This document shows positions 29,057 through 37,071 of a stretch of 64,000 nt of DNA, piece after piece. The DNA comes from a virus (taxonomy: Duplodnaviria > Caudoviricetes), in IMG/VR virus record IMGVR_UViG_2828467665_000001, positions 7,880 to 71,879 of that record, one strand, 5' to 3'. Made by a program: the position numbers and the translations under genes. A model generated the notes under the pieces. That model saw only the letters and a list, made by a program, of their open reading frames with translations, searched no databases and was not told where the DNA came from. Numbering within the stretch: position 1 is the stretch's first letter; every line of letters begins with the position of its first letter.

Positions 29057-29059
29057 CGC

Positions 29060-29560
29060 ATGGCTGACTTCTACGGCTCACTGCCCGACGCGCTCGTCTA
29101 TCACGCGGATCGCGGAAATGCCGCATGGTCCGCCACGGGCGTCACGGACACGCAGCGCAGCGCCGCGCTCGTTCGGGCCTCCGTCTACATCGACGGTCGA
29201 TATGGTCGCCGGTATCCGGGGCAGAAGACCGGAGGCAGAGCGCAGGCGCTGGGATGGCCGCGCGAAGGCGCGAAGGACTGCGCAGGCTTCAATATCGCCG
29301 ATGACGTGGTTCCGGTCGAGATCGAGCACGCGGTTTACGAGGCTGCACTGGTCGAGTTGACGGCGGCCGGCAGTCTGTCGCCGACCGTCACGCCGGGCCG
29401 TGTCGTCACCAAGGAAAAGGTCGACGTCATCGAGGTCGAGTACGGCGATCACGTCGTGTCAGCCGATGCCATGCGGCCGGTTCATACCATCATCGACGAC
29501 ATTCTGGCGCCCCTGCTTTGCAGCGGCGTGCGGTATTTCGGCAAGGTCGCGAGGGCGTAG
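29060..29560 (+). CDS. Head-tail adaptor (DnaT-like family)
   Basis: AALVRAS.YID, QAL.WPR, KEKVDVIEVEY. Confidence 0.85.
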   Translation: MADFYGSLPDALVYHADRGNAAWSATGVTDTQRSAALVRASVYIDGRYGRRYPGQKTGGRAQALGWPREGAKDCAGFNIADDVVPVEIEHAVYEAALVELTAAGSLSPTVTPGRVVTKEKVDVIEVEYGDHVVSADAMRPVHTIIDDILAPLLCSGVRYFGKVARA

Positions 29561-29561
29561 C

Positions 29562-29927
29562 ATGACTGATTTTTACGGGCGCATGCGCGACACCGCGACC
29601 GGCCTTCTCGGGCGCTTTGCTCAAGGCGCTGTCGCCATCGTCCGCACCGAGGAAGGCTTGCCTGACCCGATGAAGCCGTGGGAGCCGCCGCCGAGCATCG
29701 AGCGCAAATACAGCGTCAATGCCGCCGTGCGCGGTGTGTCACAGAAGTTCGTCGACGGCACGTTGATCCTCGCCAGCGATTATCAGGCGACCGTTGAGGC
29801 CGGTGTGATTATGCCGGTCGCATCCGACAAGATCGAGGTTGACGGCGTGCGCTACGCAATCAAGGCCGTTCGGCCGATCCCGGCGGCGGGCATTGTGTCG
29901 GCGTTCATCGTCATTTTCGCGAGGTGA
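29562..29927 (+). CDS. Head closure protein
   Basis: FY.RMR.TA..LL..F.QG, VDGTLI..SD. Confidence 0.8.
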   Translation: MTDFYGRMRDTATGLLGRFAQGAVAIVRTEEGLPDPMKPWEPPPSIERKYSVNAAVRGVSQKFVDGTLILASDYQATVEAGVIMPVASDKIEVDGVRYAIKAVRPIPAAGIVSAFIVIFAR

Positions 29928-29929
29928 TC

Positions 29930-30352
29930 ATGGCGAAATCGACGAGCGGCAAGAAGTGGGCGCTTGATATCAGCAAATGGGCCAAGCAGACGCGGGTCGA
30001 CCTTGACACGATCGTCCGCAAGGTGTCGCTCGATATGTTCACGCGCATCATCCTGAAAAGCCCCGTTGATACCGGGCGTTTCCGTGGCAACTGGCAAGTG
30101 TCCATCGGCAGCGTTGCGAACGGCACGATTGCAGTGGATGACAAGGACGGATCGGCCACCATTTCAGCGGCTCAGGCCGCAACGATGGGCGTGAAGGCTG
30201 GCGACACGATCTATCTCACGAACAACTTGCCGTATGCCGAGCGTCTGGAAGACGGATGGTCGAAGCAGGCCCCCGCCGGCATGGTGGCAACGACCGTGCG
30301 CGAGTTCGCCGGCGTCGTCGATAAGGCCGCCTCCGAAGTGTTCAAGGACTGA
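29930..30352 (+). CDS. HK97 gp10-like neck protein
   Basis: SPVDTGRFRGNW, NNLPYA.RLE.G.S.QAP.GMV. Confidence 0.9.
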   Translation: MAKSTSGKKWALDISKWAKQTRVDLDTIVRKVSLDMFTRIILKSPVDTGRFRGNWQVSIGSVANGTIAVDDKDGSATISAAQAATMGVKAGDTIYLTNNLPYAERLEDGWSKQAPAGMVATTVREFAGVVDKAASEVFKD

Positions 30353-30357
30353 CCGTC

Positions 30358-30765
30358 ATGGCCGCCGAGACCGCCATCGCCGAGGCGCTTATGGGCCGTC
30401 TCGGAGCTTTCACGCTCGCGCCCGCCGGCCCTGATCTGCCGATTGCATGGCCGGGGAGGGTGTACAAGCCCGTCGAGGACAAGGGATACCTCCGCGCGAC
30501 GATCCTGCGCGCCACGCCGCGGCGGTTGACGGCGGGCATCTCGCTAGTCGAGCACAAGGGTCTTTTCCAGATCGACATGTTCTGGCCGATCAACAAGGGA
30601 GAGACGGAGCCGTTGAAGGTCGCCGACAAGCTCGCCTACCACTTCCGCACCGGCTGGGCAGACTGTCTCGTGAAGCTCGACGACCCGCCCCAGATCATGA
30701 CCGCGTGGACTGACGGGGCATGGTTCGTCGTCCCTGTCCGCATCCCGTATCGAGCGATTATCTGA
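30358..30765 (+). CDS. Tail terminator
   Basis: IAWP, GLFQID, PVRIPY; position. Confidence 0.8.
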   Translation: MAAETAIAEALMGRLGAFTLAPAGPDLPIAWPGRVYKPVEDKGYLRATILRATPRRLTAGISLVEHKGLFQIDMFWPINKGETEPLKVADKLAYHFRTGWADCLVKLDDPPQIMTAWTDGAWFVVPVRIPYRAII

Positions 30766-30766
30766 C

Positions 30767-31525
30767 ATGGCCTGTGAACGATGCCGCCGTGCCCGCGTAA
30801 ACGTCGCTGGGGCGGTTCGGTCCGTTTTGGCTGGCGATGTAGCCGGAGCGGTTGAACGGGCCTCCTTGGCCGCCTCTGACGCTGCGGCGAAGGTGTCCGG
30901 CAACCGGATTGCGTCCCGCTGGCATGTCCCGCGTGAGTGGGGCGGCGAGCTGGCCTTCATCCTCGGTGGCGGCTCGTCGCTCAACGACATTGACGTAGAC
31001 AGTATCCGGGGCAGGGGGCGCGTCATCGCGGTCAACAACGCCTACCTCAAGGCGCCATGGGCTGACGTGCTGTTCTGGTCCGACCTGCGTTGGTGGGAGT
31101 GGAACTGGCGCGACCTGCATCGCTTCGAGGGCCGGTATCGCGTCACGCGCAACCCGCCGCCGGATACGATGGGGCTGGATGTCCTGTGGCTCCGCGGCGC
31201 TGGGGGGGGGACGTTCTCGACCGTGCCGCGCAAGCTTGGGGGGCATTGCAGTGGAGCGGCTGCGATCAACATGGCGTACCTGTTCGGTGCCCGCGCCGTC
31301 GTTCTTCTTGGTTTCGACATGCGCGGCGGAAATTGGCACGACCTGCACCAGGTGCAATCGCCTGCCGGCCATCACGAACGCAAGATCATCCCGGCGATGA
31401 ATACCATCGCGAGGCAGGTCAGCGACATCGGCTTTCCCGTCCTGAACGCGACGCCCGGCACGGCACTGGAGTGCTTCCCGGTGGTGAAGCTGGACGATAT
31501 CCTTTCCGGAGTTGTCGGCATCTGA
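30767..31525 (+). CDS. Glycosyltransferase-like protein (Maf/DUF115/sialyltransferase-like fold)
   Basis: ILGGGSSL, IAVN, SG..AI..A..FGA..VVLLGFDM, VLNAT. Confidence 0.7.
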   Translation: MACERCRRARVNVAGAVRSVLAGDVAGAVERASLAASDAAAKVSGNRIASRWHVPREWGGELAFILGGGSSLNDIDVDSIRGRGRVIAVNNAYLKAPWADVLFWSDLRWWEWNWRDLHRFEGRYRVTRNPPPDTMGLDVLWLRGAGGGTFSTVPRKLGGHCSGAAAINMAYLFGARAVVLLGFDMRGGNWHDLHQVQSPAGHHERKIIPAMNTIARQVSDIGFPVLNATPGTALECFPVVKLDDILSGVVGI

Positions 31526-31559
31526 CGGCCCCGCAAACCGCCCGCAAGGGTATCTCAAC

Positions 31560-31584
31560 GGCTCGCTTCTGCGGGCCTTTTTTT
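31560..31584 (+). terminator. Intrinsic terminator
   Basis: GGCTCGC-TTCT-GCGGGCC plus T7. Confidence 0.75.
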
Positions 31585-31603
31585 ATGTCAAAAGGAGGCC
31601 AAA

Positions 31604-32071
31604 ATGGCAGAAGGTTTTTCCGGCGATGACGCCAAGATCTACATTGGAGGGCAGGGCGACCTTGCCACCGAAAGTAACTGGCAGGAGGTCGGCGGGATCG
31701 AGGAAATCGGCGAGTTCGGCATCACCTACGCCAGCAACAGCTACCAGACCAAGGGCGACAAGAACACCGCAGTCGTGAAGGGCGCGAAGGAGGCGACGAC
31801 GCTCGACCTCACTCTGATCCGCGATACCCTTGACCCCGGCCAGGCTGACCTTCAGGACGCGCTGGACGACAGCTGCGACTACAACTTCAAGATCGAGCTG
31901 AACGACGTGAACTGCGCTGGCGGCTCGGGCGCCACCGGCGGCAACATCAAGTTCAAGGCCAAGGTTATGTCCTACACCGTCAATCCGGCGGACATCCTGC
32001 GCTCGTCCACGTCACTCGGCATCAACACCAAGTACTGGATCGAGACTCCGCGCACGAATGGCGCCACCTGA
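31604..32071 (+). CDS. Major tail tube protein
   Basis: W.EVGGIE.IGEFG, KG, DPGQ..L, NFKIELND; RBS AGGAGG. Confidence 0.88.
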   Translation: MAEGFSGDDAKIYIGGQGDLATESNWQEVGGIEEIGEFGITYASNSYQTKGDKNTAVVKGAKEATTLDLTLIRDTLDPGQADLQDALDDSCDYNFKIELNDVNCAGGSGATGGNIKFKAKVMSYTVNPADILRSSTSLGINTKYWIETPRTNGAT

Positions 32072-32142
32072 TCCGGCAATCACGCCAAACCATCTGATCA
32101 GCCCGCCATCGAGCGGGCCTTTTCCTTTTCTGGAGCATCTGC

Positions 32143-32535
32143 ATGTCTTTTGACCTTTCGAGCATCGACGCCCTGACCGCCACGCAGGAAGATGGCGTCG
32201 AAGTCCATATCGTGCACCCCGCGACCGGCGAGGACACGGGCATCGTGATCCGTGTGGCCGGTCCTGACAGCCAACGCCGTCGCGTCGTGCAGAAGCGCGT
32301 CACCGACCAGCGCTTGAAGCGTCGCCGCAACAAGCCGCTGACCTCCGACGAGCTGGAGGACGAAGCCCTGCGCGTCGCCGCCGGCGCGACCATCTCGTGG
32401 GCCGGCGTCCGCGACAATGGCGTCGATCTGGAGTTCTCGACCGACGCCGCCATCGCGCTCTATCGCAAGCACCGTTGGGTCTACGAGCAGGTAGAAGCGG
32501 ATGGTAATGATCGCGCGGCTTTTTTGAAGAGCTGA
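32143..32535 (+). CDS. Tail assembly chaperone
   Basis: HP.TGE.TG..I.VAGPDS; slippery T TTT TTG near the end. Confidence 0.88.
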   Translation: MSFDLSSIDALTATQEDGVEVHIVHPATGEDTGIVIRVAGPDSQRRRVVQKRVTDQRLKRRRNKPLTSDELEDEALRVAAGATISWAGVRDNGVDLEFSTDAAIALYRKHRWVYEQVEADGNDRAAFLKS

Positions 32536-32996
32536 GCGAGCATCTTTGCGCGGCAGTGGCGTCCATCACGCGGCTTGGAAAGGCCGACAAGAAGGGCGTC
32601 ACGCTGCGTCAGCGGCTTGAGCGGCACGAGGAGCGGTCGGGCATTACGCCTGACGATCTCCTGCCGCCTGACGTACCGCCGGCAGGTGAGCATCTCTGGC
32701 AGTGGTTCTGGGAGCTGGAGAAGGGCCGCACCGGCAACGGGTACGGCCCCAGCCCATTCTCATGGTCCGACATCGACGCATGGGCTAGGCTCCATGGTGA
32801 GCGCCCCCGTCCGTGGGAACTCGCCATTCTACGGGCGATGGATGCTGAACGGCTCCGCGTGTCATCGGACAGCACCGGTAAATCGAAGTCAGGCCAAGCC
32901 ATGCAGCCAGCGAAATACAGCAACATCGTTTCCGGCTTCCGGATGCTGATGGGGAAGCAACCGAAGAATGTAGAGGCAGGGAGCGCATCCGGATGA
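32520..32996 (+). CDS. Tail chaperone -1 frameshift extension
   Basis: -1 frame open from the slip site; HLW.WF.EL, P.SWSDIDAW, WEL.ILRAMD. Confidence 0.85.
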   Translation, partial: FFEELSEHLCAAVASITRLGKADKKGVTLRQRLERHEERSGITPDDLLPPDVPPAGEHLWQWFWELEKGRTGNGYGPSPFSWSDIDAWARLHGERPRPWELAILRAMDAERLRVSSDSTGKSKSGQAMQPAKYSNIVSGFRMLMGKQPKNVEAGSASG

Positions 32997-33172
32997 AGCT
33001 GCAATGTTCCGTGCCCGCATTCGGGCGATGGGCTCGGCTTACCTGAAGGCCGTCAAGGGCGAGCCGGATGTGCCGGAGAGCAGTAATTCAGCAAGGGATG
33101 TGTTCCGGGCGGCGATGCGGTGATCGGCGTTCCCGCGCGCCGCGTCGTCTATCAATCACTCCGCGAGGTATA

Positions 33173-33880
33173 ATGGCGAGACGCCAGGATTCAACGAGCA
33201 AACCCGTCCGGAAGCCAAAACAGGAGAAGCCACCGACAGTACCACAGGGGCGGCAGGAGCCGGTGGCACCGCGCACGCAGGCGCAGAGCAGGTATAGGGC
33301 TGCCATAGCGGCGTCGGACATCACGTTCGGCATCGGGCCGGCCGGCACCGGCAAGAGCTACGTGGCTGTTTCTGACGCCGCCGATGCCCTCAAGCGGGGC
33401 GATATCGAGCGCATCGTCATCACGCGGCCGATTACGACTGTTGGCAATTCATTGGGCTATTTCCCGGGCGGGGTCGACGAGAAAATCGCGCCGTACATCG
33501 CGCCGATCCGGGAGATACTCGACGAGTCCTTTGGGGTCTCGTTCGTCACGAGCCTGATCAAGTCAGGGAAGATCGTCGCGGCTCCCGTTGAGCTGATGCG
33601 TGGCGCAACGTTTCGGAACGCTTGGGTGATCGTCGACGAGGCGCAAAACCTGACATTTCACCAGCTCAAAACCATCCTGACGAGAGCGGGCGAGGGGGCG
33701 AAGACCATCATCGATGGCGATCCGGGGCAGATCGATGTCCCTGCGTGGAAATCCGGCTTGATGGAGGCCGTCGACCGCTTGATGGGCGTCGACGGCGTTC
33801 GTATTGTCCATTTCGACCGATCCGACATCGTGCGCAGCAGCCTCGTCAGGCGGGTTTTGGCCGCGCTGGATGGGCCGTGA
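33173..33880 (+). CDS. phoH: PhoH family ATPase
   Basis: GPAGTGKS, LGYFPG, MRGATF, DEAQN, GD..Q.D, DIVRS. Confidence 0.93.
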   Translation: MARRQDSTSKPVRKPKQEKPPTVPQGRQEPVAPRTQAQSRYRAAIAASDITFGIGPAGTGKSYVAVSDAADALKRGDIERIVITRPITTVGNSLGYFPGGVDEKIAPYIAPIREILDESFGVSFVTSLIKSGKIVAAPVELMRGATFRNAWVIVDEAQNLTFHQLKTILTRAGEGAKTIIDGDPGQIDVPAWKSGLMEAVDRLMGVDGVRIVHFDRSDIVRSSLVRRVLAALDGP

Positions 33881-33883
33881 GGA

Positions 33884-34174
33884 TCAGTGCTTGAGCCCCA
33901 TCGCCTTGCGCAGCTCGGCGTTCATCTTCGCCTGCCAGCGCGGGCCGGTTGCCTTCAACGCCGTCAACAGGTCGGCGTCGAGACGCACGGAAACCTGCTG
34001 CTTGGGACTCGCAACCCTTGGCCTTCCTCTTGGCCGAGTGAGCGTGCCATTCGCCTCCCGTATCACCTTGCCGTCAACGGCCAGTTCAGCGCGGGCAAGC
34101 TGATCCTCGGTCCACTCTGGGGCATCATCCAGGTCAATCAAGGTAGGGTCTGACTTTACGTGCTTCGCGTTCAT
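33884..34174 (-). CDS. brnA: BrnA-family antitoxin (no intact BrnT)
   Basis: DDAPEWT, RGRP...K.QVSVRLD, G.RWQ.KMN..LR. Confidence 0.88.
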   Translation of the reverse strand: MNAKHVKSDPTLIDLDDAPEWTEDQLARAELAVDGKVIREANGTLTRPRGRPRVASPKQQVSVRLDADLLTALKATGPRWQAKMNAELRKAMGLKH

Positions 34175-34211
34175 GCCGCTGCCTTCGCTACCATGTCGGG
34201 ACGCCGCCTGA

Positions 34212-34571
34212 TCACGCAGCAACGCCCAGGTCGTAATCGAAGTGGATGCGGTCATAGGGGAACTCGACCCCGCTTTCCGTCCGGTCAACGATGCCCGCAT
34301 TCACGAGCGTGGTCACATCGCGATGGACGGCTTGTACGTCGCGGTCGACGCGGCGTGCAACCTCTCGGATTGACAGTGCTCCTTGGCCGGCCAGCGCCCG
34401 GACGATGGTGATGCGCAGCGGCGCGAGCACGCGGTGCATCTCGTCATAGGACAGGAAGTTGACAGACGGTGCCGCCTCCGTGGCCTTGCCAGCGAGTGCG
34501 CGCCTCCCGGCCTCCACGAAGCGCGCCTTTGCGTCATCCATGGTGCTAAGTCGTACAGTCAGCGTGGTCAT
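34212..34571 (-). CDS. HTH antitoxin-like regulator (HVO_A0114-like) paired with DUF6516 protein
   Basis: SIREVARRVDRD...VH.DV..L; FPYD.IH. Confidence 0.8.
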   Translation of the reverse strand: MTTLTVRLSTMDDAKARFVEAGRRALAGKATEAAPSVNFLSYDEMHRVLAPLRITIVRALAGQGALSIREVARRVDRDVQAVHRDVTTLVNAGIVDRTESGVEFPYDRIHFDYDLGVAA

Positions 34572-34849
34572 GTGATGATCCTTTCCATGTCGGCCTGAAA
34601 GGCGTCGAACAGGTCTTCGAGCGAGGTAAAGGCGACGGCGTCTTCACGGCCTTCGATATGCCGGTGATCGCCCTTGCCGCGCTCGTTGTCATAACGCAGG
34701 ACGCATTCGCCGTTCACGACAAGCGCCAGCCTGTACTTGAACGGGTGGGCGCTGCCCGGAACGGGATTGGGCAGGTGCCACAACACGACCTCGAAGAATG
34801 TCGTGTCGTTGATGACCGTCCGTGATTTCTCGATCAGTCTGGCTTTCAT
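34568..34849 (-). CDS. DUF6516 (TumE-like) toxin
   Basis: VPGS.H.FKYRL, RYDNERGKGDHRH. Confidence 0.85.
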   Translation of the reverse strand: MKARLIEKSRTVINDTTFFEVVLWHLPNPVPGSAHPFKYRLALVVNGECVLRYDNERGKGDHRHIEGREDAVAFTSLEDLFDAFQADMERIIT

Positions 34850-34893
34850 GTTGTTATTCATAACATCATCATCGGGCGTTGTCAATGATAACA
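34850..34893 (-). promoter_or_regulatory. TA promoter with two palindromic operators
   Basis: TTGACA-N17-TATGAA on the minus strand; GTTGTTATTCATAACATC and CGTTGTCAATGATAACAACG. Confidence 0.65.
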
Positions 34894-34918
34894 ACGGCGG
34901 TGAAGGGGATTAAGTGGC

Positions 34919-35194
34919 ATGCGCATCACGACCGACAAGCAGGACAAGCTGGCATGGACATCGTTCGACCTTGCCGACATCGAGATGCGCGTTGATGGCG
35001 AGGTGGTGCATCACGTCGTAACGGCGGACGACGCTGAGGGATACGCCATCGTGCTCAATCGCGAGTTGGCCGTGCCGGAAGTCTTGACTGGCAAGGTCGA
35101 GTTCATGCCGAAAAACGAGCGCGGCGAAAAGCTGCTCGCCGCCCTCCGCAAGCGCTGGGAGATACTGGCGCCGCAGTGGGGTTCGCTATGCTGA
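34919..35194 (+). CDS. Hypothetical protein
   Basis: V.TADD.EGY...GKVE small phage motif. Confidence 0.65.
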   Translation: MRITTDKQDKLAWTSFDLADIEMRVDGEVVHHVVTADDAEGYAIVLNRELAVPEVLTGKVEFMPKNERGEKLLAALRKRWEILAPQWGSLC

Positions 35195-35367
35195 GAAGCA
35201 TCTTCGGGACCGGCAGATGGGTCGCTGGCAACGTTGCTCTGGCCGCGCTGCTTATCATCTCCATTTTCATCTGCGTTGCGCTTCTCGCCGGCCGGGGCGA
35301 TGTTCTGCTGCCGCTGTTGGGTGTCTATGCCTTTGTTGCGGGCTTCCTGCTCGGCCGCGAGGGGTAG
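35188..35367 (+). CDS. Small two-TM membrane protein
   Basis: Hydrophobic 59 aa. Confidence 0.5.
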   Translation: MLRSIFGTGRWVAGNVALAALLIISIFICVALLAGRGDVLLPLLGVYAFVAGFLLGREG

Positions 35368-35427
35368 CCGGGCGATTGACAGAATCGCTGTAGTCCCGCC
35401 ATGATTCCGCTGTCTGGCGGGGGCGGA

Positions 35428-35886
35428 ATGTTCGAGCAGGCCGATAGCGTTGATGAGTGGCTACGGATTGCCCGTTCGAATCGGGATGCCGCGTACGCCC
35501 TTGTGTACGTTCCGTCAACTCGGAATATCGCGTGGGAACGCGCCGGGTTCGCCGCCGAATGTGTGCTAAAAGCGTCGATAATGGCAAAAGAGCGTTTGAA
35601 CAGGTTCCCGCCAAGAGCTTTGCGTCGCGATCTATATGATCACGATCTGGGGAGGCTCTCTCGCACCCTCGGAATGGAAGTCATGGCTGATGACGATCTG
35701 GCGCCGTATTGGCAGGTTGTGCTACAGTGGCGTCGAGAGCACACATATGTGGCCGGAGAAATGCCGCTGACAGTTGTTCGTGAGTTGCTTGATGCTGTGT
35801 TCTCAGATGATGGAGTGGTGCCGTGGGTGTGCCGGAGTTACCTCGGGAGCTACATGACGCCGGAGCAGAATATCTGGCGCAGATGA
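35428..35886 (+). CDS. HEPN-domain protein
   Basis: [11 protein letters not shown] ... HDL..L; own promoter TTGACA-N18-CATGAT at 35376. Confidence 0.75.
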   Translation: MFEQADSVDEWLRIARSNRDAAYALVYVPSTRNIAWERAGFAAECVLKASIMAKERLNRFPPRALRRDLYDHDLGRLSRTLGMEVMADDDLAPYWQVVLQWRREHTYVAGEMPLTVVRELLDAVFSDDGVVPWVCRSYLGSYMTPEQNIWRR

Positions 35887-36314
35887 GAGGGCTTGGCCTT
35901 CACCCGGAAGCGTGCCTTTGGATGCTTCGGGGGCACGACAAGCAATTCGTGCTTGTTATCATCTGGTCAGGGGTTGATAAGCACGGCCCCCTGTCGCTCT
36001 CGAAGCTTCTCTTCATGGCATATCGATCGTCTCTGCTTACAAGAGAAATCGACCCGTTCTTTATAGAGGCGCGCAGCCCGAAAGAGGACCTGGCGAATTT
36101 CGTGCTACATGCGGTGCCGGACAAGTCACAGCCAGTCGGCATGGAGTGGAAGCAGACGAGAATGCCCGTTGCCTTGGCTGACAATAGCGACGATGCAACC
36201 TATACGTGGCAACATGAGTGGGTGTATCACGTTCAGCAAAAAACCCGTTCAGTCCACCAGGTTCGTCAGGACTGGAAACGCTTCCGTCAGAACGTGGAGC
36301 GGTTGGCGGCGTGA
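35823..36314 (+). CDS. HEPN partner protein (possible divergent MNT-like antitoxin)
   Basis: Overlaps the HEPN gene; followed by a terminator. Confidence 0.6.
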
Positions 36315-36337
36315 TAATCCGCGCCGTAGCCGTCACA

Positions 36338-36364
36338 GCCTCGCTTCGGCGGGGCTTTTTGTTG
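36338..36364 (+). terminator. Intrinsic terminator
   Basis: AGCCTCGC-TTCG-GCGGGGCT-TTTT. Confidence 0.8.
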
Positions 36365-36691
36365 TCAGTCTTCGGGCTTTTCGGGCGGCGTCTGGCGCTT
36401 ACCGAGGTGTATAGCCCGTTTGACGGCCGTTAACCGTTTTTGCGTGGCGATTAGACGCGCCGCCGTCTCCATCCGCCTTGCGGCGGCTTCCATGCGCCTC
36501 AGGTGCGCGCCGTTGACCGAGTCGGCAGGCTTGGCGGTTGCGTCGAATGACGCTTCGAGGCGGGCGACAATCTCGGCATTCAGAGAGCGGTTGTTCTTCG
36601 CGGCCTCAGCCTTCAGCCGGTCGCGCATCCCGTCAGGGAAGCGGACAATGTATCGGTCAGCAGTTTCGCTCGGGTAGGGGTCTTTGGCCAT
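36365..36691 (-). CDS. Arc/Mnt-family repressor
   Basis: VRFPDGMRDRLK..A..N.RSLNAEIV.RL. Confidence 0.9.
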   Translation of the reverse strand: MAKDPYPSETADRYIVRFPDGMRDRLKAEAAKNNRSLNAEIVARLEASFDATAKPADSVNGAHLRRMEAAARRMETAARLIATQKRLTAVKRAIHLGKRQTPPEKPED

Positions 36692-36755
36692 GGCGGGGAT
36701 TCATACACGCTTTTATGCCGAGTTGGAATTATGCCGACTTGACATAAAATGCGTG

Positions 36756-36804
36756 CGCACCCTCCTTTCAATATGCCGACTCGGCATATTGAAAGGAGGG
36801 TGCG
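36756..36804. repeat. Perfect 49-bp palindrome (24-bp arms) containing an operator and an RBS
   Basis: CGCACCCTCCTTTCAATATGCCGA-C-TCGGCATATTGAAAGGAGGGTGCG. Confidence 0.95.
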
Positions 36805-36809
36805 GGCAT

Positions 36810-37058
36810 ATGAGCCATACATACCCCAGCCAAGTTATGGATAGGGTCAATATTCGGCTGCCGGATGGCGTGCGAGAGAAAGTGAAGGCTATCGCCGCAC
36901 ATAACCGCCGGAGCATGAATGCAGAGATAGTTTTTGCGATTGAGCGCCATCTCGGCGCGCTCGACAGCGACGGGGCTTATGAGTTTGGCCACCACGGCCC
37001 CGTCGCTGCCACCAGAACCGACGCCTTGCAGGGCGTTGACCCCACCACTCAAGGCTAA
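36810..37058 (+). CDS. Arc-family repressor
   Basis: IRLPDGVREKVK..A....RSMNAEIV. Confidence 0.9.
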   Translation: MSHTYPSQVMDRVNIRLPDGVREKVKAIAAHNRRSMNAEIVFAIERHLGALDSDGAYEFGHHGPVAATRTDALQGVDPTTQG

Positions 37059-37071
37059 GAAGGAGCCTCGA

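Noticed and set aside
32997-33170. Riboswitch or SRP-like RNA upstream of phoH
   Set aside because: No known consensus matched; better explained as a chaperone gene relic
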